DNA of 64,000 nucleotides from an uncultured bacterium (GTDB lineage Bacteria > Patescibacteriota > Dojkabacteria > SC72): NCBI GenBank assembly GCA_903906305.1, contig CAIVJR010000009.1:36687-100686 (forward strand). Reading direction: 5' to 3'. Positions 1 to 9,438 of the stretch are shown here, in pieces (positions within the stretch are counted from its first letter, which is position 1; each line of letters starts with the position of its first letter). Made by a program: the position numbers and the translations under genes. Under the pieces are notes generated by a model. That model was not told where the DNA came from and ran no database searches. It saw only the letters and a list, made by a program, of their open reading frames with translations.

Positions 1-539
1 CCAGAAATGAGAACAATTGCGCCAATATTTATAATGCTAGATAATGTCTTTAGATTATCAACCACATCCTTAAAGTACATAATCTCATCTATACTAGGGT
101 TGGTATCCTTTTCTTTGTTTACATTGGTAATTACCTGAAGCAAGCCATCAATATTGTATGCTCTAATCTCTAGGCTAGGGGGAAGTGAATCTGCTGTTAC
201 AGTAGATATTAGGTCTGGATTGTCTGCAAAGTCTAGTTTGTATATGGATAGGGCATCCTCTTGAGAGACATATTTAATATCGGATATGAGAGTAGGGTCA
301 TATAGCTTGTCTCTGAGAGTTAGGATATCTGCTTCTGAAGTATCTTTCTGAAAGAAGATTATAACTTGGGAACGTTGTTCATAATATTTAACTGCAACTC
401 TACTTAATATCGCAGCGCTTACAAAGAAAGAAGTTATTGCTAATACAATAGTACTAACAAATATCGTAGCAAATGAAAGCCATCTATTTCGTCTCACATT
501 CTTTTTTGTTGTATCGAATACCTTTGATGTTTTAGTCAT
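1..539 (-). CDS. ftsX: Cell division permease FtsX, N-terminal part (partial; runs off window start)
   Basis: Minus-strand ATG at 537-539 translates to MTKTSKVFDTTKKNVRRNRWLSFATIFVSTIVLAITSFF..., with the FtsX-like TM1 plus periplasmic domain; lies immediately downstream of ftsE and overlaps it by 8 nt; no ORF-track entry because it is truncated. Confidence 0.7.
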   Translation of the reverse strand, partial: MTKTSKVFDTTKKNVRRNRWLSFATIFVSTIVLAITSFFVSAAILSRVAVKYYEQRSQVIIFFQKDTSEADILTLRDKLYDPTLISDIKYVSQEDALSIYKLDFADNPDLISTVTADSLPPSLEIRAYNIDGLLQVITNVNKEKDTNPSIDEIMYFKDVVDNLKTLSSIINIGAIVLIS

Positions 540-1446
540 GTTTTTCTTTATTTAAATAATTTTTTACATATTTTTCTAAATCATCTTTTTGTTCATGGGA
601 GAAATTTAAATTCCCTAAATCAGTATCTGTGAGATTCAAGACCATTTCCATATCAGAGATTTTTGCTTTTTCTAAAATATCATTAATATCCTTACTTAAA
701 CCTTTAAATTTTTGATTTTTCTTTTCTTCGTCTTTCTTTTTGTCATCTTCTGTTTTCTTTGGTGTTTTAATTGTATCGTAATCACCATGATTGTCTGATA
801 TGACCTTTCCTTTTTCCATTCTTACAACCCTAGTTTTCATCTCATTAACAATGCCCCTGTCGTGGCTAATTATCATAACAGTAGTTCCACCTTTGTTTAT
901 CTTTTTTAATATATCTAACACTTGGAATGCATTGTCGGGATCTAAGTTACCAGTAGGTTCGTCAGCTATGAATAGCTCTGGATTGTTGGCTAAAGCTCTA
1001 GCTATTGCTCCTCGTTGTTGTTCTCCACCTGATAATTGATGTGGAAATAGATTTTTTCTGTCTTGAAGTCCAACAGTTTCTAAAAGATAGTCCGTAGTTT
1101 CCTTAATTTCTTTGTCTTCCTTTCCTAAAATATCTAATGCAAAGTTAATATTCTCCTCTAACGTCTTAGAGCTAAGCAATTTAATATCTTGGAATACAAC
1201 ACCTAATCTCTGTCTATATGTAGGTAATAGCTTATTGGGGATATTAGGGACATCGATATCTTTGAAAAATATACTACCTGATGTAGGAACCTCTTCTCTA
1301 ATTAATAGTCTCATGAGTGTAGTTTTACCGGCTCCGGAAGGTCCAACTAAGAAAAAGAATTCTCCTTGTTCTACACTAAAATTGATATTATCTAGTGCAG
1401 TTATATCACCATCATATTTTTTACTTACTTTGTCAAAAAGTAACAT
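532..1446 (-). CDS. ftsE: Cell division ABC transporter ATP-binding protein FtsE, with a roughly 80-aa Lys/Glu/Asp-rich C-terminal tail
   Basis: Walker A GPSGAGKTT, ABC signature LSGGEQQR, Walker B/D-loop IADEPTGNLD, H-loop ISHD; ftsE-ftsX gene order. Confidence 0.9.
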   Translation of the reverse strand: MLLFDKVSKKYDGDITALDNINFSVEQGEFFFLVGPSGAGKTTLMRLLIREEVPTSGSIFFKDIDVPNIPNKLLPTYRQRLGVVFQDIKLLSSKTLEENINFALDILGKEDKEIKETTDYLLETVGLQDRKNLFPHQLSGGEQQRGAIARALANNPELFIADEPTGNLDPDNAFQVLDILKKINKGGTTVMIISHDRGIVNEMKTRVVRMEKGKVISDNHGDYDTIKTPKKTEDDKKKDEEKKNQKFKGLSKDINDILEKAKISDMEMVLNLTDTDLGNLNFSHEQKDDLEKYVKNYLNKEKHD

Positions 1447-1482
1447 GGCAGTTGTAGACAGTTTAAGTACTTAGTATATATA

Positions 1483-2568
1483 TTACTGTAATCTTATCTC
1501 CGCTTCAACAAACTCCTCTAAATTCCCATCCAACACGGACTCAGGATTTTGTGATTCTATACCTGTCCTCAAATCTTTAACTAATTTATATGGATGTAGT
1601 ACATAATTTCTAATTTGATTTCCCCATCCTGCGATTTTGTAATCCCCCTTTATCTGAGAGATTTCTTCAATTCGCTCATCCATTTTAATTCTCAAAAGCT
1701 TTGCTTTCAATACCTTCATAGCCGTTTCTCTGTTTTGTTGTTGGCTTCTTTGTTCGGATGATTGAACGGTGATACCTGTAGGAATATGAGTAATCTGTAC
1801 TGCTGAAGATGTTTTGTTAACATTCTGCCCTCCAGGGCCTCCAGCTCTAACAGCTTTGAAATCTAAATCTGTATCTGGAATTTGAATATCCATATCTAAA
1901 TCTTCCATAATTGGGAGAACCTCAACACCGGCAAATGTGGTTTGTCTTAAACCTTGAGCATTAAATGGAGATATCCTAACTAATCTGTGCACACCGTGCT
2001 CTTTCTTTAGGTATCCAAATACATATTGTCCAGTTACTTCCATTGTTACGGTTACTATTCCTGTTTCTCCACCATTGAGTATCTCAGATATATTGTATTT
2101 CCATCCCATTTTGTCAAAATACATTGTATACATTCGCATTAATATACTTGCCCAATCATTGGCTTCAGTACCACCTTGTCCAGCGTGAATAGTAATCATT
2201 ATGTTCGCTTTATCATATTTACTAGAAAGAAATTTCCTTATGGAAAATTTATCGAATCTTTGTCTAAGGGATTCATATTCTTCAATTAATTGATTTTGAT
2301 CAGTTTCCTTCTCAATGGAATTGAAGAGTTCAACTAAAGAATTAACGTCCTGTTCTAGCTTTTCAGCAGTTTCAATTTCTTCTCTAAGTTGGCCAGCTTC
2401 TTCCATAATTTTTTTTGCAGATTCAGTATCTTTCCAGAAATCTTCTTGTATAGTCTCATCTTCTAAAACTATTAACTTGGATTTTTTAGAACCCAAATCC
2501 AGACTTATTAAAGTATCTGCAATATCTTTCTGTAAATCTTGTATATCTTTTTTGCGTAAATCTACCAT
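1483..2568 (-). CDS. prfB: Peptide chain release factor 2 (single uninterrupted ORF, no programmed frameshift)
   Basis: GGQ motif (AGGPGGQNVNKT) and SPF tripeptide (RISPFNAQG), which is diagnostic of RF2 rather than RF1. Confidence 0.85.
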   Translation of the reverse strand: MVDLRKKDIQDLQKDIADTLISLDLGSKKSKLIVLEDETIQEDFWKDTESAKKIMEEAGQLREEIETAEKLEQDVNSLVELFNSIEKETDQNQLIEEYESLRQRFDKFSIRKFLSSKYDKANIMITIHAGQGGTEANDWASILMRMYTMYFDKMGWKYNISEILNGGETGIVTVTMEVTGQYVFGYLKKEHGVHRLVRISPFNAQGLRQTTFAGVEVLPIMEDLDMDIQIPDTDLDFKAVRAGGPGGQNVNKTSSAVQITHIPTGITVQSSEQRSQQQNRETAMKVLKAKLLRIKMDERIEEISQIKGDYKIAGWGNQIRNYVLHPYKLVKDLRTGIESQNPESVLDGNLEEFVEAEIRLQ

Positions 2569-2609
2569 ACCGTATATTATATTGAAGTAATCAATTAACT
2601 GCCATAGCT

Positions 2610-4259
2610 ATGTTTGATTTCTTAAAGCCAAAGCACTTAGAATCTACTTCTACTAATAATATTGTGGATAAAAAGGATTTAGTTACTTTAATCATTTTAG
2701 ATGGTTTTGGTGTACATCCTGATCCTGTAGGTAATGCTGTGCTTGCTGCAAAGACTCCATTTCTTGATACTGCATGGACCTACGGAAGGTCTACTTTGAT
2801 ACATGCTTCAGGTACTCATGTGGGCTTACCTTCTGAGGAAGCTGGGAATAGTGAAGTTGGACATGTTAATCTCGGAGCTGGAAGTGTGGTGTATCAAACA
2901 TTACCAAGAATTAATGATGCTATTGAAGCCCATGACTTAGACAAAAACCCAGTTATAGCTGAGATGTTTCAAACAATTAAAAAGAAAGGTACCCATCTTC
3001 ATTTAACGGGAGTGTTGAGCGCGGCGGGCGTACATGGCCATATTAAGCATTTGTTTTCATTGTTAGAAATTTGTAAGGCGAATGGAATTGATCCATACAT
3101 TCATGTAATGCTTGATGGAAGAGACGCTCCTCCTCATGATGGATATTTGTACATGGATAAACTAAAACAGAAGATGAGAGAGTTGGGAATCGGTCATGTT
3201 GCTTCCATACAGGGTAGATTCTATGGAATGGATAGGGATAGTCGATGGGAGAGAACCAAATTGGCATATGATGCAATGATTGGTTTGGCAGAGGATAATT
3301 TTGAAGATCCAAGCGAAGCAATACAGAAAGCATATACCAATGGAGAAGATGATCAGTTTTTTAAACCAAGAATGTGTATACAGAATGGCCTTCCTTTGGG
3401 AGCAATTAAGGATGGAGATGCTGTACTCTTCTGGAATTTTAGAGAGGATAGGGCAAGACAGATAACCAAGGCGTTTGTAATGAAAGATTTTCCACATTTT
3501 AACAGACGTAACTATCCAAGGGATGTATATTTTGCAACAATGACTGGTTATGAGGAAGGGCTTACTGCACATGTAGTATTTCCACCTCAACCAGTTAGAA
3601 AATCGCTTTCTGAAACTTTAGCTGATTATGGCAAATCTCAATTCCATATCTCTGAAACCGAAAAACATATGCACGTGACATACTTCTTTAATGGTGGTGT
3701 GGAATTTACCCATCCGGGTGAGGTATTTTTCAATATCCCTTCTCCTAAAGTAGATGACTACTCGGTAGTTCCAGAGATGAGTGCGCTAACCATCACTGAT
3801 GAGACATTAAGAAAGATTCAAGATTTAAAGAAGAAATATTACAATTTCATACTCATTAACTATGCAAATCCTGATATGTTAGGCCATACAGGAGATTTTA
3901 ATGCTACAGTAAGAGGAAACGAGATAGTGGATCAGTGTGTTGCCAATGTCTCCAAAGCGGTATTAGGTGCAGGTGGAACGGTAATCATAACCGCAGATCA
4001 TGGAAACTGTGAGACGATGGTAAATAGGGTAACGGGCGAAATAGATATCGCGCATACAAATAACCCAGTTCCATTAACTATTCTTTCGAATCCAAGTGAG
4101 ATACAAACTAAAGTAGGTATCCCTGTTGTTAAAATTGGAACTGGACCAAAAGCCAAAGCTACGGGGTTACTAGCAGATTTAGCGCCAACATGTTTAGGCG
4201 TATTAGGAAATGATATTCCTGCAAATATGACAGGAGTCGATATACGAAAAATGTTATAG
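2610..4259 (+). CDS. gpmI: 2,3-bisphosphoglycerate-independent phosphoglycerate mutase (iPGM), copy 1
   Basis: Catalytic-Ser region ASGTHVGLP, NSEVGHVNLGAG, MLDGRDAPP, ITADHGNCE; 549 aa. Confidence 0.9.
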   Translation: MFDFLKPKHLESTSTNNIVDKKDLVTLIILDGFGVHPDPVGNAVLAAKTPFLDTAWTYGRSTLIHASGTHVGLPSEEAGNSEVGHVNLGAGSVVYQTLPRINDAIEAHDLDKNPVIAEMFQTIKKKGTHLHLTGVLSAAGVHGHIKHLFSLLEICKANGIDPYIHVMLDGRDAPPHDGYLYMDKLKQKMRELGIGHVASIQGRFYGMDRDSRWERTKLAYDAMIGLAEDNFEDPSEAIQKAYTNGEDDQFFKPRMCIQNGLPLGAIKDGDAVLFWNFREDRARQITKAFVMKDFPHFNRRNYPRDVYFATMTGYEEGLTAHVVFPPQPVRKSLSETLADYGKSQFHISETEKHMHVTYFFNGGVEFTHPGEVFFNIPSPKVDDYSVVPEMSALTITDETLRKIQDLKKKYYNFILINYANPDMLGHTGDFNATVRGNEIVDQCVANVSKAVLGAGGTVIITADHGNCETMVNRVTGEIDIAHTNNPVPLTILSNPSEIQTKVGIPVVKIGTGPKAKATGLLADLAPTCLGVLGNDIPANMTGVDIRKML

Positions 4260-5054
4260 CAGGTACCCAAATATCAATATTAAGATTCCCAGAATTATTC
4301 TATATATTCCAAACGCAGATAACCATTTATCTCGACTAATCTTTTTAAGCATGATTAGTGAGAAGCAACCCACCAAAAATGGAACAAGAATTATAATTCC
4401 TAAGTTAATGAAGCCTGTTAATGTAACATCTCCCATTACAGGAATACCTGTATCTTTGACCATTTTTAATATCTCCCATATTGGTGCTCCAATCAAAACT
4501 GGAAGTCCCAAAATCAAACTGTATTCAAATGCGGTGTATTTTTTCAATCCTAACCCAATCCCTGCTAGAGTTGTAATACCAGATCTTGAAGTGCCCGGTA
4601 TTAAAGCTACTGCTTGTGCGAATCCCATTAGTAATGATTGCTGCCACGTAATATTTTCCATATCTTCGACACGACCATCATCTTTTTTGTTTTGAACTAT
4701 AATCATAATAATGCCCCAGAATATTAAAGATACAGCTATAATCCAATTATCATGTAGTACTTCTTCAATCTTTGATTCGAAAAGAATTCCGAGAATTGCT
4801 GAGGGAATGACAGAAAGAATGATTTTAAGATAGAAGCCCCACTTCTTTTTTGTGAAGAAATTTGTAAATAACTTTTTCCAGAAAAATGCCAATATTGCGA
4901 TAGTGGTACCGATATGTAGAGATGCTAATAGTAGGGTTGAAGTTGGAATTTCCATAACTTTTCCGAGAATAATTAGGTGGGCACTACTAGATATTGGAAG
5001 TAATTCTGAAAATCCCTGAGTTATTGCTAGCACCAATAGTTTTATACTTTCCAT
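4254..5054 (-). CDS. uppP: Undecaprenyl-diphosphatase (BacA/UppP)
   Basis: N-terminal LAITQGFSELLPISSSAHLII UppP signature; polytopic membrane protein of 266 aa. Confidence 0.85.
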   Translation of the reverse strand: MESIKLLVLAITQGFSELLPISSSAHLIILGKVMEIPTSTLLLASLHIGTTIAILAFFWKKLFTNFFTKKKWGFYLKIILSVIPSAILGILFESKIEEVLHDNWIIAVSLIFWGIIMIIVQNKKDDGRVEDMENITWQQSLLMGFAQAVALIPGTSRSGITTLAGIGLGLKKYTAFEYSLILGLPVLIGAPIWEILKMVKDTGIPVMGDVTLTGFINLGIIILVPFLVGCFSLIMLKKISRDKWLSAFGIYRIILGILILIFGYLL

Positions 5055-5083
5055 TTATCTGATATTCTGAAGTAAGATATATT

Positions 5084-5788
5084 ATGTTAATATTTAATAC
5101 CGTGATAGTCAAAAAATATATAAAAACTATTCTTCTAACACTCATCCTTGTAGGATATCTTTTTGTATCTCCTGCCAAAGCTATTGAACCAACATTCTCA
5201 TTGTATCCAGCTGGAGGTGTGGTGACTAACAAAGATAATGGATTTACTGTTGATGTAATGGTTGATTCTGCAGGAGAAGAATTGATATCTGCAAGATTTG
5301 TCATTACCTACGATCCAGCATATATAAAACTGAAGAAAGCAGAGAAGAATAATGCAATGTTTGCTCAATGGCCCGAGGATGAGACAAGTATAGATAACAC
5401 CAATGGTGTAGTCATGCTTACTGGCTTCTCACAATCTGGAACTGATACCTTGTATACAACTAAAGGTGATCCTGAGGTCATGGCTCGTCTTTCATTTGAG
5501 GTAGTTCAGCTAGGTAAAACATCCTTGGATTGGGAATTTTCAGGAAGTGATGATAGCTTTAAATCTGTGATGTTAACCGATGGAAGTCCTCCAATAAATG
5601 TATTAAAAACCAAACCAGTATCAGCAACATTTACAATTGAAAAAGAGATTGTAAATACAGCTATTCCTTGGAATAGGTATGTATTAATAGGAGGAATGGT
5701 ATTCATACTCTTTGGTGCTTTCATGATGTTCTCTAGACCTAAAGGTTTTGGAAAGAAAGGAACCGTAGTTATATATGAAGAAGAATAA
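5084..5788 (+). CDS. Secreted protein with C-terminal TM anchor, hypothetical (possible cohesin-like beta-sandwich)
   Basis: N-terminal signal peptide (LLTLILVGYLFVSPAKA), C-terminal hydrophobic helix plus basic tail; no catalytic motif recognised. Confidence 0.45.
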   Translation: MLIFNTVIVKKYIKTILLTLILVGYLFVSPAKAIEPTFSLYPAGGVVTNKDNGFTVDVMVDSAGEELISARFVITYDPAYIKLKKAEKNNAMFAQWPEDETSIDNTNGVVMLTGFSQSGTDTLYTTKGDPEVMARLSFEVVQLGKTSLDWEFSGSDDSFKSVMLTDGSPPINVLKTKPVSATFTIEKEIVNTAIPWNRYVLIGGMVFILFGAFMMFSRPKGFGKKGTVVIYEEE

Positions 5789-6890
5789 CCAACAAAGAGT
5801 TGCCCTTGTAACGGAATCTCTCTGGAGTATGGGTGGAGCGAATAGGGTATTAGAGACCTTTGCTAAAATGTATCCTCAAGCTGATATCTATGCATTGTTT
5901 GGTGATACTGCTTCTCTCTCTTCTGGGCTTCAAAAGCACAAAATAACATATTCGGCATTAAACAGAAGGTGGTTCATAAAGCAGCTATACCGATATACCT
6001 ATCATCTCTGGCCATTACATATTGAAAAATTTGATCTTAGCCAATATGACCTAGTTATATCTTCTAGCTCAAGCGTAGCCTTTGGAGTTATAACCCCAAT
6101 GTCATGTAAACATATAGCATATATTCATTCTCCAATGAGATATCTTTGGGATTTGAAAGATGTTGGTATCAAAGATTTTGGATTCTTCAAGAGAGCTATT
6201 ACCAATTTTATTTTGGTATTCATAAGATTGTGGGAAACGTCTGCTTCTTCAAGACCAGATGTTTTAATTGCGAACTCACAATTTATCTCAAAGCGTATTC
6301 AGAAATATTGGGGAAGAAAACCAGATGGTGTTTTGACTCCTCCAATTCATTACTATGAGGGTGTCATAAAAGAGAAGGATGAAAGAGAGAAAAAGAATGG
6401 TAATAAATATGTTGTGGCCGGTGCGCCATTTGAATTTAACAAAAAAGGAGAATTTCTACTTGAGTGTATAAAGGATACAGATATAGTTTTGAAATTAATT
6501 GGTAGTGGATCGAAGGAACCAGGTTTGAGAAGAAAATATGCTAAATACAAAAATATTCAGTTCTTAGGAAAGATATCTGATGAAGAGAAATGGAATGTGC
6601 TTTCTAAAGCATCTGCCTTTGTTATGCCTGGCATCGAAGACTATGGTATCTTCCCTGTGGAAGCTATGTCTGCTGGTACTCCTGTGTTAGCTTACAAGGC
6701 TGGAGGAATATTGGAGAACTTAGTAGAGGGTGTTAATGGATATTTTTTTACAGAATGGAGTAAGGAGAATTTTAACAACGGATTAAAAAAAGTTCTAAAT
6801 GAAGAGTGGAATTACAAGAAAATATCCGAATCAGTTAAGAAGAATAACAATACGGAGGATATGTTTAAAAAGAAGTTTATGGAGTATTAG
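5775..6890 (+). CDS. Glycosyltransferase family 1 (GT4-type)
   Basis: C-terminal GT-B motif FVMPGIEDYGIFPVEAMSAGTPVLAYKAGG (E-x7-E-like); 371 aa. Confidence 0.7.
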   Translation: MKKNNQQRVALVTESLWSMGGANRVLETFAKMYPQADIYALFGDTASLSSGLQKHKITYSALNRRWFIKQLYRYTYHLWPLHIEKFDLSQYDLVISSSSSVAFGVITPMSCKHIAYIHSPMRYLWDLKDVGIKDFGFFKRAITNFILVFIRLWETSASSRPDVLIANSQFISKRIQKYWGRKPDGVLTPPIHYYEGVIKEKDEREKKNGNKYVVAGAPFEFNKKGEFLLECIKDTDIVLKLIGSGSKEPGLRRKYAKYKNIQFLGKISDEEKWNVLSKASAFVMPGIEDYGIFPVEAMSAGTPVLAYKAGGILENLVEGVNGYFFTEWSKENFNNGLKKVLNEEWNYKKISESVKKNNNTEDMFKKKFMEY

Positions 6891-6939
6891 TTGAATGTGG
6901 TATGGGTTTTTGATATTATCATACTGTTCTTAATGTAAT

Positions 6940-7015
6940 GCCGAGATAGCTCAGCTGGTAGAGCATTTGTCTGAAGAACAAAGGGTCCCCAGTCCGAACC
7001 TGGGTCTCGGCACCA
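6940..7015 (+). tRNA. tRNA-Phe(GAA), CCA encoded
   Basis: Cloverleaf folded by hand: acceptor GCCGAGA/TCTCGGC, anticodon loop CTGAAGA, T-loop TCCGAAC, 3' ACCA. Confidence 0.8.
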
Positions 7016-7018
7016 TTT

Positions 7019-7095
7019 GCGAGAGTAGTTCAGTTGGCTAGAACGACACATTGCCAATGTGTAGGTCGCGGGTTCGAACCCCGTCTCTCGCTCCA
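7019..7095 (+). tRNA. tRNA-Gly(GCC), CCA encoded
   Basis: Acceptor GCGAGAG/CTCTCGC, anticodon stem-loop ACACA-TTGCCAA-TGTGT, GGTTCGAAC T-arm, U73 discriminator, CCA; 3 nt after tRNA-Phe. Confidence 0.8.
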
Positions 7096-7153
7096 TTTCT
7101 CAATATGTAACAAAAGGTTGTATAATTTCCCATCAAATTATATTGAATTAAAG

Positions 7154-8053
7154 ATGCAACAATTAGCACGATTCGGTGTAGCTGGTAATCCTCCACATTT
7201 CTGGGAATCAAAATATTCAAAGGAAAGAGCCAATTCTCCCGAATGGTTAGATAGTATTGGTTTAGATGCCTTAGAAATTCAATGTACATATGGTATTAGA
7301 ATGCCAGATGAGAGAGCAAAGATGTTTTTAGAAAATTCTAAAAAATATAATATTGCACTTTCTATACACGCACCTTACTACATAAATATTGGTGTTGAAA
7401 ATCAAAAAACACTAGATAATTCAGTAAGCGAAATACAGAAAGCTATTGTACTTTGCAAAAAGCTAGACACTAAAAAGATCATATTTCATCCAGGAGGAAT
7501 CCCAAAATCTAGAGAAGAGTCATGTAACAAGGCTATTAAAACTCTCAAACGAGTTGAAGCAGATCTTATTTCAAATGATGTTTATTTATATCCAGAAATA
7601 GGAGGAAAATGTGGTCAATTGGGATCTCTGGAAGATATTATATTCTTTTGTAAAAATGTAAAAAATGTATACCCATGTTTAGATCTAGCACATTTGCATG
7701 CACGAACCAATGGAACTCTATACACAAAACAAGATTTCTTGAATGTATTTAAAAAAGTAGAGAATGAATTGGGAAATGATGCCCTACATAAGATACATAT
7801 CCATATGTATCCTGTCGATTTCGGAACTGGTGGTGAAAAAGCTCATAAAGCATTTGATGATTTGAAAGATAACACTCAACTTATTCTTGGAAGTGATCAT
7901 ACGGAAGAAAGATATACTCCAAGATATGAGCCATTTATAGAAGCTATTACTGAAATGAAATTGTATCCAACAATTATTTGTGAAGCTAAAGATTCTCAAG
8001 ATGTTGGAGCTTTGGCGATGAAAAAGTATTATAAGGGCCTTAACCATAATTAA
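7154..8053 (+). CDS. Xylose-isomerase-like TIM-barrel protein, AP endonuclease family 2 (endonuclease IV-like); the track ORF from 7034 overlaps tRNA-Gly and is trimmed to the first ATG after it
   Basis: ALSIHAPYYINIG and KIIFHPGG resemble the Nfo HDSYLINLG / NFHPGS metal-binding segments; about 300 aa. Confidence 0.5.
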   Translation: MQQLARFGVAGNPPHFWESKYSKERANSPEWLDSIGLDALEIQCTYGIRMPDERAKMFLENSKKYNIALSIHAPYYINIGVENQKTLDNSVSEIQKAIVLCKKLDTKKIIFHPGGIPKSREESCNKAIKTLKRVEADLISNDVYLYPEIGGKCGQLGSLEDIIFFCKNVKNVYPCLDLAHLHARTNGTLYTKQDFLNVFKKVENELGNDALHKIHIHMYPVDFGTGGEKAHKAFDDLKDNTQLILGSDHTEERYTPRYEPFIEAITEMKLYPTIICEAKDSQDVGALAMKKYYKGLNHN

Positions 8054-8133
8054 TTATTTAGTTAAATCATTTTCACTAGATTCTTACTACAGGTGGTAAT
8101 AGAATATGCATATTAAATTAACACATTGACCAT

Positions 8134-8754
8134 ATGAATGATCTTCATACTGTTCAGATGCAAATACTTAGAGAATTAATATTCAATCCTAAGTCAAAAT
8201 TCTCACAATTAAACATTGCAGGTATAACCAATGATCACTTCAGCTATCATATTAAGGTATTAATCGAAAAAGGATTAGTTAAAAAAGAAGGAAATAAATA
8301 CTCATTAACTACAAAAGGAAAAATGTTCTCTACAAAGATGGATACTTCCAATATGACAACTGAAAAACAACCTAAGGTAAGTGTATTAGTTAGACCAATA
8401 TTGATAAAGGGGAATAAAAAGTACTATGCAATACAGCAAAGACTAAAAGAACCATACTATGGTTACTTTGGTTTTATGTGTGGAAAGGTAAAATGGGGAG
8501 AAAAAATACTTGAAGCAGGAGCAAGAGAGTTGGAGGAAGAGATGGGTTTACATGGGGATATGTCACTCGACTTCGAACTACACGAAATGGTATATGACAA
8601 AGAAGGGAATATGTTAGAAGACAAATATTTCCATTGTATAACGGTAATAATTAAGGAAGATACATTAGTAATAAAGGATGAAGGTTGTGAAAATAGCTGG
8701 ATGACAAAGAAACAGTTTATGGAAATAACTCCTAAATATCACAATGAGGTATAA
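8134..8754 (+). CDS. Winged-HTH (MarR/ArsR-like) N-terminal domain fused to a Nudix hydrolase
   Basis: N-terminal roughly 70 aa helix-turn-helix followed by a perfect Nudix box, GKVKWGEKILEAGARELEEEMGL (GX5EX7REUXEEXGU). Confidence 0.7.
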   Translation: MNDLHTVQMQILRELIFNPKSKFSQLNIAGITNDHFSYHIKVLIEKGLVKKEGNKYSLTTKGKMFSTKMDTSNMTTEKQPKVSVLVRPILIKGNKKYYAIQQRLKEPYYGYFGFMCGKVKWGEKILEAGARELEEEMGLHGDMSLDFELHEMVYDKEGNMLEDKYFHCITVIIKEDTLVIKDEGCENSWMTKKQFMEITPKYHNEV

Positions 8755-8830
8755 ATATTTAATTGGTTTGAGAGTAGAGAGAAGGATAATATTGAACAAA
8801 CATATTTCATAGAGGGGTTTTAAACAACAC

Positions 8831-9385
8831 CTATTGTTTTGAAATCAATAGACTTCCAGTATATCCAATATATGCAAATACAATCGCTCTAATTGTTTTC
8901 CCAATAGTTACCGCTATTAAAAACTTCCACCATTTAATACCTAATGCACCTGCTGCTAAACCTGCTACATCAAACAATGGATTGGGAATTAGAGCTAAAA
9001 ACAATATTGCCCAAAGACCATACTTTTCAACTTGTAATTCAATCTTTTTGTATACCTTGCTAGATTTAACAATTCCACTTCCGCTATATCCTGCAAGATA
9101 GCCAACTAATTCTCCAAGAGATGAAGCAACTCCGACTGTAAGCCCAAGTAGTAAAGGGCTTGAAAATATTCCTCCAAGAAGAATGTTCAATGGCGCAAGC
9201 ACAGGGACAGGTACTAAGACTGTAGCATTACCAAGGAACATTAAAAGGAATATTCCAATATATCCAAATTGTTCTAAGTTACGTAGCTCTTTACTAAATA
9301 TTATGATTAATACTGATATAGCTATTGAAGCTAAGAGCATTAAGAGGTGTTTAATACCAAATTTTTCTTGTTTAGGTTCTTCCAT
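8831..9385 (-). CDS. DedA/VTT-domain family membrane protein
   Basis: Polytopic, with GYIGIFLLMFLGNATVLVPVPVLAPLN, which is DedA-like. Confidence 0.6.
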   Translation of the reverse strand: MEEPKQEKFGIKHLLMLLASIAISVLIIIFSKELRNLEQFGYIGIFLLMFLGNATVLVPVPVLAPLNILLGGIFSSPLLLGLTVGVASSLGELVGYLAGYSGSGIVKSSKVYKKIELQVEKYGLWAILFLALIPNPLFDVAGLAAGALGIKWWKFLIAVTIGKTIRAIVFAYIGYTGSLLISKQ

Positions 9386-9438
9386 TGTCTATTATACTGG
9401 TTATTTGTTAGATTCCAATTTTACTGTTAATATTAACT

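Noticed and set aside
791-1474. Antisense ORFs inside ftsE (791..1039, 1112..1474), and similar antisense ORFs inside prfB, gpmI, ftsA, ftsZ, gatB, dnaE, uvrB, mutL and the giant surface-protein gene
   Set aside because: Each is nested in a strongly supported conserved gene on the opposite strand, is low-complexity and hydrophobic, and is typical of AT-rich frame artefacts.
6887-7096. 69-aa minus-strand ORF
   Set aside because: Lies entirely over tRNA-Phe and tRNA-Gly on the opposite strand; an artefact of the GC-rich tRNA sequence.
8790-8835. AAACAA-CACCTA-TTGTTT hairpin as a terminator
   Set aside because: The stem is only 6 bp of A/T, and the T-run is part of the stem itself; too weak to call.
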